DNA of 64,000 nucleotides from Eledone cirrhosa. Taxonomy: Eukaryota. Both the position numbers and the translations under genes were made by a program. The notes under the pieces were generated by a model. That model was given only the letters and a program-made list of their open reading frames with translations, was not told where the DNA came from and did no database searches. The stretch covers positions 43,028,001 to 43,092,000 of the forward strand of contig OZ024741.1 in NCBI GenBank assembly GCA_964016885.1. Direction: 5' to 3'. Shown here piece after piece: positions 24,234 to 35,844 of the stretch; within the stretch, counting starts at the first letter, position 1; each line of letters begins with the position of its first letter.

Positions 24234-25815
24234 ATACTTTGGGAGGGTCATGTTGCCAATAAGAAACAGACGCACCAGTTGCTTTCACTTCAATTTATTA
24301 TAATAAATTTATAATAAATTTATAAATTTATAAATTTCTGGTTGGTTGGTTGGTTCCACAACCAAATAGTTGTATATAATATTGTCATAGTTGTTTCGTC
24401 ACACACTATGTGACCTCTTCATTTACTGGTATTCCTTTCTTTGTTTCTGTGCCTCTCCTTTGTTCTGTCCTACGCCATTTTGTTTTTGTGTGTTGTGTGC
24501 TCAGTCTGCGCATGCGCCACATCCGGGTGTCTGTGTGTGTTTATGTTCATTTATTTATTTGTTTATTTACATGTTACTGGTTGGTTGTTTGTTCTATGTG
24601 TGTGTGTGTTTTCATTTTGTCCTTAATTGTAAGTTGTGATGTTGCTGTTCCACTCATATTTTCTATTTAATTTTGGTTGTAATTCTTTTATGTTTATTGC
24701 CTCTGTAATTTGTCTAAACATTGCGTCTTTTCTGTGTGTAGATTCTATTTTTATTTCTATGTTCTCTAATTTACCCTTGTGTTCTATTTTAGCATGTTGG
24801 TAGAGTACAGATGATTCTTTACTATCTTGAAGGTCTCGCCAGTGTTCATTTATCCGTTCCCCTACACTACGAGCTGTCTCACATATGTACACTATATTTT
24901 TGTCTCTACATTGTCCTTCGGTACATCTTATGCTATACACTACATTTCTATTTTTACAGTTAATATGGGGGCTTATTTTACAGGTTATACATTTCTTATC
25001 TATACATGAGGGTCTTTGAAAAGGGTATGTCTTGCTAATAAGTGTTTTTACGGAGGTACCTGGTCTTTCTACTATCTTAATATTGAGTTTATGTTTATTT
25101 AGGGCCCTTCTAAATTTGTAAGCTAATTCACCTCTAGGGGTTGTATCGATGAACATTACACTCTGGTATTTATTGCTATCATACTTGCTAAAATAGAACA
25201 CAAGGGTAAATTAGAGAACATAGAAATAAAAATAGAATCTACACACAGAAAAGACGCAATGTTTAGACAAATTACAGAGGCAATAAACATAAAAGAATTA
25301 CAACCAAAATTAAATAGAAAATATGAGTTGAACAGCAGCATAACAACTTACAATTAAGGACAAAATGAAAACACACACACACATAGAACAAACAACCAAC
25401 CAGTAACATGTAAATAAACAAATAAATAAATGAACATAAACACACACAGACACCCGGATGTGGCGCATTCGCAGACTGAGCACACAACACACACACAGAA
25501 ACAAAATGGCGTAGGACAGAACAAAGGAGAGGCACAGAAACAAAGAAAGGAATCCCCAGTCACTGAAGAGGTCACAGAGTGTGTGACGAAAGAACTATGA
25601 CAATATTATATACCACTATCTGGTTGTGGAACCAACCAACCAACCAGAAATTTATAAATTTATAAATTTATTATAAATTTATTATAATAAATTGAAGTGA
25701 AAGCAACTGGTGCCTGTGTTTCTTATAGGCAACATGACCCTCCCAAAGTATAACAATATAGGTTTCAACACACGATTTCAGATAAAGAATCTTGCTAAAC
25801 AAACTCTGAAACGAA
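24228..25815 (-). mobile_element. Truncated PLE (GIY-YIG end) with an inverted copy of its 3' end
   Basis: ORF 24623-25185 reads CITC..CKNRNVVYSIRC..VYICETARSVGERINEH..QH..EH..RQITEAINI..PKLNRKYEW. 24228-24794 is the reverse complement of 25186-25758. Confidence 0.9.
25559..25601 (+). ncRNA. Variant minimal HHR-like motif in a PLE terminal repeat (also 42939-42981 plus and ~24384-24426 minus)
   Basis: gtca-CTGAAGA-g-gtcaca gagtg tgtgac-GAAA-gaac-TA-tgac. There is one extra nucleotide before stem II and stem III is very short. Confidence 0.45.
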
Positions 25816-26036
25816 ATATATATATATATATATATATATGTAGATAAATCTACCAAGAGTTTACGGTAGTGTCCAATCCGTATGAAGAACTCAATGTATT
25901 CCGGATATCATGGAAAGAAGAGATGTAATGAAAAATCACTTTGGGTGAAAGATAAACGGAATACAGAGTCAAGATAAAATATTAAACGAATAATGAATAA
26001 AACAATGAAACAGTTCCTTATATTAAACAAAAAAAG

Positions 26037-26190
26037 TTCATTATTTAACGATCGTTTCTAGGATATATATGTGTTAGAATTGGCATGCATATTCAACAGA
26101 TCTATGTACAAAATTATACAAAATTATACAAACTATCAAGATTAAATATACATACCAACACATATATATGCCGTCTTCAGAAATAATGAA
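26037..26190 (-). ncRNA. Type I HHR with long stem II (3' end of the PLE)
   Basis: Reverse complement of 31722-31875. Confidence 0.75.
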
Positions 26191-26801
26191 ATATATTTAT
26201 TGATAATAACTACAATTCAAAATTTCAGGTCCGTTTGGGAACGGAGTTCAAAATTGACCAATGAAAATACAAAAAGTTTTATGCAGTTTGGTGTGTGTAT
26301 ATACATGTAACTAACCCCGTACACATATTTATACAAAGATATATGCTCAACATGCATACGCATGCCAAAAAGATGTATGCAAATACAAAAAATTTAAGGC
26401 TAATGTCTCTGTAAGTTTATAATCCACAGATAAAATGCGTATAGACACATAAATATGAAATAAGTGTATACACATATTCTCATATTCACACATATCCATA
26501 CACTCACACACACGCGTGCGTATATGCATAAACATACACATAATTACGAACATACATACACACACACACCCCCACACACATATATATGTGGATATAATAT
26601 TATCATAAGCACATGGATATTAATTCACTCACATAAACACTGCCACACACATTTAGATCAAGATACAGAAATTAGGTGGGAGGGGGGGAGAGGTCAGTAT
26701 TCAACTGTTTGGGCAGACTGCTTATTTATAGATGTATCTATAAACTTCGAAATAAAAAGAAAAGAAAAGAAAAAGAAAAAAGAAAAAAGAAATATATCAA
26801 G

Positions 26802-26880
<79 letters not shown>

Positions 26881-26951
26881 ACACATCTACACATACAACA
26901 CACACACACACACATATATAAACACATACATATACATATATACACACATAT

Positions 26952-26992
<41 letters not shown>

Positions 26993-28833
26993 TACTCATA
27001 TATACACACACACATATGTAGACACGCATATATATACACATACACGCACAAATACATACACATACATACTTATATACATACAGACATACACATACATACA
27101 TATATATACACACATATACATACAGACATACATACATACATACACACATACACACATACATACACACACATACATACTCATACATATACATAGATATATA
27201 TTCACCCACACATACGTACTTATATATACGCATATATACAAATACTTACGCATCCATATAACGGTATATACATACAAAACACCACTACACTCTCACACAA
27301 CTCAGACATACAAAGAAAAAGGTATATACATATACACATATACACATACAAATAGAGATACATATACATATATATATATATATACATATATATACATATA
27401 CATACATATATACAAATACACACGCATCCATATATGCATATATACATACAAACACCACTACACTCTCACACAACTCAGACATACAAACAAAAAGGTATAT
27501 ACATATACATATATACACACATTAATAGAGATACATATACACATATATATATATATATACACATATATTTATATATATACCCACACACTCATACAACGAT
27601 AAACACACATACAAAGACATACATACACACATATATATACATATATATACACACACACAAAAAAACACGCATACACATATATATTTTTACACATACATAT
27701 ATATACACATACACACCTTCACATATATACATATACACATAAGTTATATTATAATAATAAATAATATATATATATACACATACGAATATATATATATATA
27801 CACACATAGATATACATATTTATATATACACACACACACACACACTCACATATATATGTGCGCACGCGTACATACATACACATACACACATATAGACATA
27901 AACATATACATGTGCATATATGTACATACACACATATACCCACATAGATACGAAGATAGACATATATATAGAGAGACATACATATACATACACATATATA
28001 CATACACATACATACACACATATATATATATATATATACACACACATACACGCCCACACATATATACACATATACACACATACATATATATATATACACA
28101 CATATATACACATGCATATATACACATATATATATATACATATATATATACACACACAATCATACATTCTTATTTGCATGCGCATATATGTATTTTTATA
28201 CTCAGATATAAACACCCAAACATATATACACCTACCTACATATATATTCTTACATACACGCTTACAAACACAGATGATAATAGTATGGGGGAAAGGGGGG
28301 GGTGGAGAAGGGGATTATAGTAAATATATGTTTCAAGAAACATAGAATATTAATCTGTATTTGGATCTCAATATATGTTTTTACATAGTTTCAGTGTTAG
28401 GAAATGCAAGAAATAAGGCAAAATTATGCATTTCAAAATAAGTATATCATTAATTATATGTTAACTAAACCAAAGAAAGTTAACATATTGATTTCTAAGG
28501 TGTAAATTAGTTAGGTTTATAATATTTGAAGCAGAATTTTGAAGTTAAATAGTAGTAGAGTATTAATTATAGTATAACTAAATTAAAGTTATTAACGTTA
28601 TGGTATCAATATTAGGAAATGAATTTAGTAATAGGGAAAAAACAAATAAAGTATTACATCGGTAGTAGAATATAAATTAAAGGTTAACTAAATTAAAAAT
28701 TATATATTAATTTCTATAGTATATGTTAATTAGGTATATAATAAATAAAACAGATATTGTATTTTATCAATAGCAGAATATAATTATATGCAAATAGAAA
28801 TCAAAATTAATACATATACATATACATATACAT

Positions 28834-28882
<49 letters not shown>

Positions 28883-29384
28883 TACATACATACACATACA
28901 TATACATACATACATATACATATTTTTTCAAAAATTGCAAAGAATATATTAACTAGGTATACATCCAAAACACATCCCATTCTATGATTACATGACACTC
29001 TGCAATCCGTCTGTATTAGGATACTAATTTTAAGCCAATTAAATTAAATTTTTAGGTTGACTAAATTTAAAACCAAATTATAAATATATTTCTAAAATGT
29101 ATATTAATTAGGTCTATAATACTAAAAATTATTTCTCTGTCATTGGATACACGATATTTTGTTATATTTTATCTGTAAAGGAATTTTAATAAAGGGTTAA
29201 ATAAATTAAAATTAATCTATAAATTAAATTACTAAGTATATATTAGTAATATTTAAAGGTTTTTCACAATTTATGATTACACAATGTTTTATATTCTCAT
29301 CTGTAGTAGAATTTTAATTAAATTAAATTTATAGGTTAACTAACATTTAAATTAAATTATATATTAATTTCTAAAATAATGTTA

Positions 29385-31342
29385 TTAATTAGGTTTATAA
29401 TATTTAAATGTTTTTTTTAGTTTATGATTACACGATATAATTAATTCCTGTCGTTTATTTAATAGGATATCCTTAGATTTCATTATTTCAAATAGTTCTT
29501 GGGAACATAATCTACATTCATTTCTATTATTTTGATAAGGGGTGGCTCTTTTGAGCACACTCCAGGTCAAATCATATTCTATATTCTTATTTTTATAACT
29601 ATTGATTTTTTCTGCTAGAGATGTTGTATTAGCCAGTGCGGCATTTTTAAAACTATTCTTGTGGGTATTAAACCTTGTCTTAAAATTGTTAGAAGTAGCT
29701 CCTATATATGAGCAAATAGAATCTTTAGTTTTAACATTACATTTATAGACTATGTTGTTAACAAGACAATTCCCTTTTAATGGGCAGTTTGCTTTGTTTC
29801 TACAGTTACAACCTTTCGTTAATTCTGTATTTGAGGAGATATTATGGTTAATTTGATGTATTGGTGGTATACTTATGGTTTTCTTACATTTATATGCATT
29901 ATAGGCACTTATATTTTGTTTTATGTTATTTGTTGTTGAGTATGAGAATTTAACTGTAGACCTATTTAAGATTTGATGGTATTTGTGGTTTGGCGGGAAG
30001 TTTTTCTCTAGGATATAAAAAAAATTTTTAGCAATATTATCCTTAATTTGTAAATTAAATGGAGCATTATACCAAGTAACCCGTCTATTACGGTTTCTAT
30101 GTTGTTTATTATTTTTATTATTTTTATAGGTTGTATCGTGATGTTTACTAGGAGGATTAATGTTAATGATCTCACCACAACCATTTTTAGTTATATTTGT
30201 AGATTTAGGTGTTTTATCTTTTTTATTAGGAGTTTTATTATTAATATTTATTAGAGTTGTATGATGAGTAGTTTTTTGAGAGTTACTATATTTTATATTA
30301 GAAGATTTGGTATTTTGGGGTATAGTGTGGGTGGCATTTAGGTGTGTACTTTTCATTTGGTGTTTGTTGGTAATATTAGGTTGTATGCTTTTAGTATTTT
30401 TAGTAGAAGGTATATATTCTAATCTATTTTTGTGGCCACTTCTATCTAGAGCTTCGTTATAGAAGGTCGCATTTTTATCAAATACATCTTGGTTAGAAGA
30501 AAGGTTAGAAATTCTAAGTGATATATTATATGCAAGGTTTTTAAGGATAGATTTAGGGTGATTAGATTGTGAGTGTATGTAATGTAAGTTTTGGTTTGGT
30601 TTATGGTAAGGTTGGTAGATACCCGTAGCTAAATCTAAAGTTATATCTAGGAAATTTACTACTTTACTTGTTTTTTCAAAAGTAATATGAAGATTATAAT
30701 AGTCTTTAAGGAAAGTTCTAATATGTTTTTTGTTTTTTTCTATTTCTGAAAGGCTAAGGTTGTTAGAAAGAAGAAGACAGTCATCACGATATAAACCACC
30801 TTTAAGGTGGGGAAAGGAGGCATTTATGTTGAAAAGGAGAAAGAGGCCCACAAGATCAGTAATTTGGGCGGAATCGCTTGAACCCATAGTAATATCAAAT
30901 AGATTACTATATGTGTTTCTGGTCCAGTATTCATTCTGAAATTCAATAAGTGTTAGTCTAGCATGTGTAATAATATTAATGTCATCCAAAGTTAAGTTAG
31001 ATCTATTTTTAGCAAATATCAATGCTTTGTTCAGGAGTATAGGTGATATAGAAGAATAGTAATTATCTATATCAAATTGTAGAAATGAAGCAGAAGATTT
31101 ACATCTAATATTTTTAAACCAGTTAATTACCTGGGAGGTGTTTTCCCAGAGTGGTAAAATAACGTGTTTTCTTATTTGTGGGATGACTCTATCCAAAATT
31201 TTTTTGCTAATTATTCCAATATCTGATTTGGAGGGACATATAAGTCTTATAGAAGGATTTGAGTTAAAGTTTGATTTATGATCCTTCAGGTTGAAGTGTG
31301 GTCTTTTCAATGCCAAAGGTTCAGTTCTATCTTCAAAGTTTA
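29385..31342 (-). CDS. PLE reverse transcriptase + GIY-YIG endonuclease, 5'-truncated, no internal stops
   Basis: LKDHKSNF..RLICPSKSDIG, FDIDNYYSSI, FDITMGS, GGLYRDD, NFLDITLD, SNHP, CNCRNKANCPL..CLVNNIVYKC..YIGAT..KTRF..H, CRLC..E, LLNKRQE..CNH. The first ~35 aa of the listed ORF come from the inverted repeat. Confidence 0.9.
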
Positions 31343-31721
31343 GTGTGTGTGTGTATGTATGTTCGTAATTATGTGTATGTTTATGCATATACGCGCGCGT
31401 GTGTGTGAGTGTATGGATATGTGTGAATATGAGAATATGTGTATACACTTATTTCATATTTATGTGTCTATACGCATTTTATCTGTGGATTATAAACTTA
31501 CAGAGACATTAGCCTTAAATTTTTTGTATTTGCATACATCTTTTTGGCATGCGTATGCATGTTGAGCATATATCTTTGTATAAATATGTGTACGGGGTTA
31601 GTTACATGTATATACACACACCAAAGTGCATAAAACTTTTTGTATTTTCATTGGTCAATTTTGAACTCCGTTCCCAAACGGACCTGAAATTTTGAATTGT
31701 AGTTATTATCAATAAATATAT

Positions 31722-31875
31722 TTCATTATTTCTGAAGACGGCATATATATGTGTTGGTATGTATATTTAATCTTGATAGTTTGTATAATTTTGTATAATT
31801 TTGTACATAGATCTGTTGAATATGCATGCCAATTCTAACACATATATATCCTAGAAACGATCGTTAAATAATGAA
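31722..31875 (+). ncRNA. Type I HHR with ~115-nt stem II domain
   Basis: ttcattattt-CTGAAGA-cggcatatatatgtgttgg..ctaacacatatatatccta-GAAA-cgatcg-TT-aaataatgaa: perfect 10-bp stem I, palindromic stem III (acgatcgt), GUU triplet. Confidence 0.78.
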
Positions 31876-31931
31876 CTTTTTTTGTTTAATATAAGGAACT
31901 GTTTCATTGTTTTATTCATTATTCGTTTAAT

Positions 31932-31986
<55 letters not shown>

Positions 31987-32153
31987 GTGTATATGTGTAT
32001 AGGTGTGTATGTACGTATGTGTGTATATATATATGTGTGTATATGTGTGCGTGTATGTATATATATATGTGTGTGTGTGTATGTGTGTAGGTGTGTATAT
32101 GTTTGTATATATGTATATATATGTATATGTATTTACATATATATATGTATGTG

Positions 32154-32223
<70 letters not shown>

Positions 32224-32678
32224 CGTGTGTACGTACTTATGCGCATGTGTGTATGTAACTTTATAGTTTTTATATTTGTGTTTTTATCTTTAAGAAATGT
32301 TCACACTATGTGTGTGCCTGTGGTTGTATGCATTTATGTGTGCGTGTATATGTATTTGTATGTATATTCTCTTTTGTGTCTGTGCTGTGTTTATATGTAT
32401 GGGGTGTGCTGGTATATTTATATGTATGTGTATGTGTGTGTGTATATGGATATATATGTTTGTGTGTGTATGTACACACATATATATATATATATATATA
32501 GTATTAGTTATACTATTTATGGTTATGTAAACACAAAACCTTAAGCAGTTGTAAGTATTTTACACACACCCTAAATAGTGGTAGGCAGTAATGTATTACT
32601 ACCTTATTACCAGTAAGTTAAGTAGCTCAATGTAAAAACATCAGATGATTTACAGAGCAGTTATATGAAATATAAGAT

Positions 32679-34142
32679 TTGGTCGGCCTATACCTCCTCA
32701 ATGAAATCCATAAAGACCTCCCTTACCTCAACGGTGGTTTGTACCGCGATGATGCACTTCTACTCATAGAATATAAAAAATTTAATATAGAAAGAACTAG
32801 AAAACAACTGCATAAGACATTCAAAAACTTTAACCTTAGTATCACCATGGACAAAAACACTAAAAATGTTAACTTCCTAGACGCCACACTATACCTAGAC
32901 TCAAAAATATATACACCTTTCCATAAGCCTAATGAGAAACTTATTTACGTAGATACCAAGTCTAATCACCCTAGATCAATATTAAACTCTATCTCTAAGG
33001 GGGTGTCCAATAGAATCTCTAGTCTGTCCTATGACGCAAACATATTTAGCAAAAACTCACAATATTACAATCAAGCATTAGCTAGCTCCGGCCATAATAT
33101 AGAAATTGAGTTCCTACCTAAGAAAACACATAGCTACAACATCATCTCGCACAACATGTCCATGAGGAAATCTAATAATAGGAATAGCAACCACAAGTAC
33201 ACCAAAGCGGAGGGTGCCACCGGAAGTAACCATTACCATGGAAACTACTGTGAGGCCTTAGGAGGAAGCAACACACCAAACACTAAAAGCAAAAATAGAA
33301 GAAGAAATAATACATTTTTCAACCCTCCTTTCAACCTAAATGTCTCCACCAACATACCTAGGGCTTTCTTCTCACTACTAGATAAAAACTTCCCTCTAGG
33401 ACACAAGTACCACAACCTCTTAAACAAAAACACCATTAAAATCTCATACTCTACGACGCCTAACTTAGCATACCACATAGCTAGCAGCAATAATAGTAAA
33501 ATTAGTTCTTACTTCCAACAAACAAAATCACAACGGGATGCAAACCCTCTAAATACCACTGTAGCAAGCAACAATAGCAACGGCAGTAACAATAGAAATA
33601 ACACTAGTATGAGTAATAACACCAGGGTTGTCAACCCGAACACCCAAAATCCTATATCCACCACACAGACTTCCGCATTGCATTATAACCAGCGGACTAA
33701 CGCACAGAATAATTGTAACTGTAGAGCTAATAGAACCTGCCCTTTAGATAAAAAATGCCTAACCAAGGATGTCATATACTCATGCACAGTCACGACTAAT
33801 AACTCTTCAGAAACCTATGTAGGCTCCACTTCTAACTGCTTCAAAATCAGATATAACTCGTACATCCACTCGTTCAAAAAGCACAGCCTAGCCAACTCCA
33901 CCTCACTTTCTAGCTACATACACTATCTAAAATCTAAAAATAAACCATACACACTCAAATGGGAAGTGATAGGAAGCGCGACCTCGTACAAACCACCTAA
34001 TAAATTCTGTAACCTCTGTATACTAGAGACACACAATATTATCTTCTCCAACCGTAACCTACTTAACAAAAAATCTGAGGTGTTTGCAACTTGCCAGCAC
34101 CGCCTCAGACATTCCTTCCAAAACTTTAAGCCCTATATATAG
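32679..34142 (+). CDS. PLE RT (from motif C onward) + GIY-YIG endonuclease, open 487-aa frame
   Basis: GGLYRDD, NFLDATL, KSNHP, FFNPPF, KISYSTTPNL, CNCRANRTCPLDKKCL..VIYSC..YVGST..KIRY, CNLC..E, LLNKKSE..CQH. Confidence 0.9.
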   Translation: MVGLYLLNEIHKDLPYLNGGLYRDDALLLIEYKKFNIERTRKQLHKTFKNFNLSITMDKNTKNVNFLDATLYLDSKIYTPFHKPNEKLIYVDTKSNHPRSILNSISKGVSNRISSLSYDANIFSKNSQYYNQALASSGHNIEIEFLPKKTHSYNIISHNMSMRKSNNRNSNHKYTKAEGATGSNHYHGNYCEALGGSNTPNTKSKNRRRNNTFFNPPFNLNVSTNIPRAFFSLLDKNFPLGHKYHNLLNKNTIKISYSTTPNLAYHIASSNNSKISSYFQQTKSQRDANPLNTTVASNNSNGSNNRNNTSMSNNTRVVNPNTQNPISTTQTSALHYNQRTNAQNNCNCRANRTCPLDKKCLTKDVIYSCTVTTNNSSETYVGSTSNCFKIRYNSYIHSFKKHSLANSTSLSSYIHYLKSKNKPYTLKWEVIGSATSYKPPNKFCNLCILETHNIIFSNRNLLNKKSEVFATCQHRLRHSFQNFKPYI

Positions 34143-35590
34143 CAATGACGGACTGGAACCTAACACCACATCTAGCATCAAACACCAGAGACACACCCTA
34201 TACTACATACCCAACACTAGCTGATCCATTATAACACAAACAACGACATCCCTCTGGAACCCTTCGCAGGGAAAATACCCATTTATACCTCTACGGCAGG
34301 TGTGACAACATCCACCCACTTGGACGGCACTACACCGCTCTAGGGGTAATTTAATTTGAGCATGAATTGATCGGTTGGATGGTGTTGGGCAGAGGAAACA
34401 CCTTCCTTAGACAGATGTAAAATGATTTAATCGAGTAGCGCTGTTGACCAGTAGGACCGGGCTGCTGAGCGCAGTGAGTGAATGCAATGCAACTGCCGTG
34501 CGGGTTGTACGTATATGGATGATCTGACGGTCAGAGAGGGGTCGCGAGGACTGCGGATTGACCTTTGGCCTGCCTGGGGACGATTATCTTTCGACATCCA
34601 ATGTAGCAAGTGATGACCCAGATCTTACCAGAGATCATTGGGTCCTGAAGCAATCCTGCAATCACCGCGCCTGGTCATATGAGCAGACTACAACCACAGA
34701 GATCATTAATTTAGAATCCTCGCTCATCATCTATAATTTCCATTTGTAGCACCCTATGATGGGTTAATCCACCTTAATAATAATATGATCACCTTCAGCA
34801 TAATTTAGTTAAACTACTCTATAGTTAGTACACTTTATGCTTTAAAAGTCTCTCTTGGAAGGTGCACCTCACCATAGAATTTAAGGTCTATACTGGGACA
34901 CATTTTAATGGCTAGATATAGAAACCCCAGAGTTACCTCCCCGCATGCATTAACTCCCCTTAGCCACACACACACTTCCGGTATTCAATGGCGTTTCTCG
35001 AAACGTAACAACCTCCTGTACCGAACTAAAGAACACCAGACTACGATCTCTAACTGGATTGTCGTGGATTATGTGAAAGGCATATAATCGAAATATACAC
35101 TCCCTTGACCATGAAAATGCCGAAGTACATGAATTACTTGACATCCCTGCGCTGTGCATCTCCAATACTTATAACACTTTCAATGCTTGCACTATCTTTA
35201 ATGCTTATAATATTTCTCCACACACAGACTATATCAATCATATAAAGACTTTGCCACCAGATCTACCAACCTAACACTCTTATTTACCTACCTAAGTGCC
35301 TCTACCACACCTATCTCTCTGCCACACTATATAAACAAGACGCACATGCGTGCCACACATATAACATTTGCACTATATAACCACTTATCTTCATGTTGTA
35401 CTTTAACCTATATCTTTGATTTTTGATTGTACCTATTAATATAAATGTAATCTCGAAGTGTGTACTGCCACTCTAAATTCTGTAATGAATGTTGACCCAC
35501 AATGTTTGAATATGTATCAATGTTTGAATATGTGTTGGTATGTCTCTCGGCTGAAAAGGAGGTCATATAACTGTCCATGCATTAATAAAT

Positions 35591-35637
35591 TGCTCCGAAG
35601 AATCCAAACCTCGGTTTGGAGGAAACAGCTGTAAGCA
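35591..35637 (+). ncRNA. Type I HHR motif (U4->C variant)
   Basis: tgct-CCGAAGA-atccaaac ctcg gtttggag-GAAA-cagctg-TA-agca, with a palindromic stem III. Confidence 0.65.
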
Positions 35638-35668
35638 CAATAATGTTTTGAACAGTTCTTTGATTCTT

Positions 35669-35727
<59 letters not shown>

Positions 35728-35807
35728 ATATATATATATGTATATATTTATATATATATATATATATTTAGTTTTTTTGTGAATTTGCTTACACCGTGCG
35801 TTTGGTC

Positions 35808-35844
<37 letters not shown>

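Larger units (their letters stand above)
25841..31938 (-). mobile_element. Penelope-like element (tentatively Nematis-like) with a ~3.5-kb microsatellite-rich 3' region and an inverted 3'-end copy at the 5' junction
   Basis: Stop-free RT+GIY-YIG frame. 31343-31938 is a near-identical reverse complement of ~25976-26568. Confidence 0.92.
32662..35680 (+). mobile_element. 5'-truncated PLE (same lineage as 29385) with a 1.5-kb 3' region ending in an HHR motif and (TA)n
   Basis: Contains ORF 32679-34142 and an HHR at 35591. The termini form a 16-bp inverted repeat, tatatgaaatataaga (32662-32677) / tcttatatttcatata (35665-35680). Confidence 0.9.

Noticed and set aside
29385-34142. Naiad-type or selenoprotein PLE
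   Set aside because: The endonuclease is C-terminal and the frames contain no in-frame stops, unlike N-terminal-EN Naiads.
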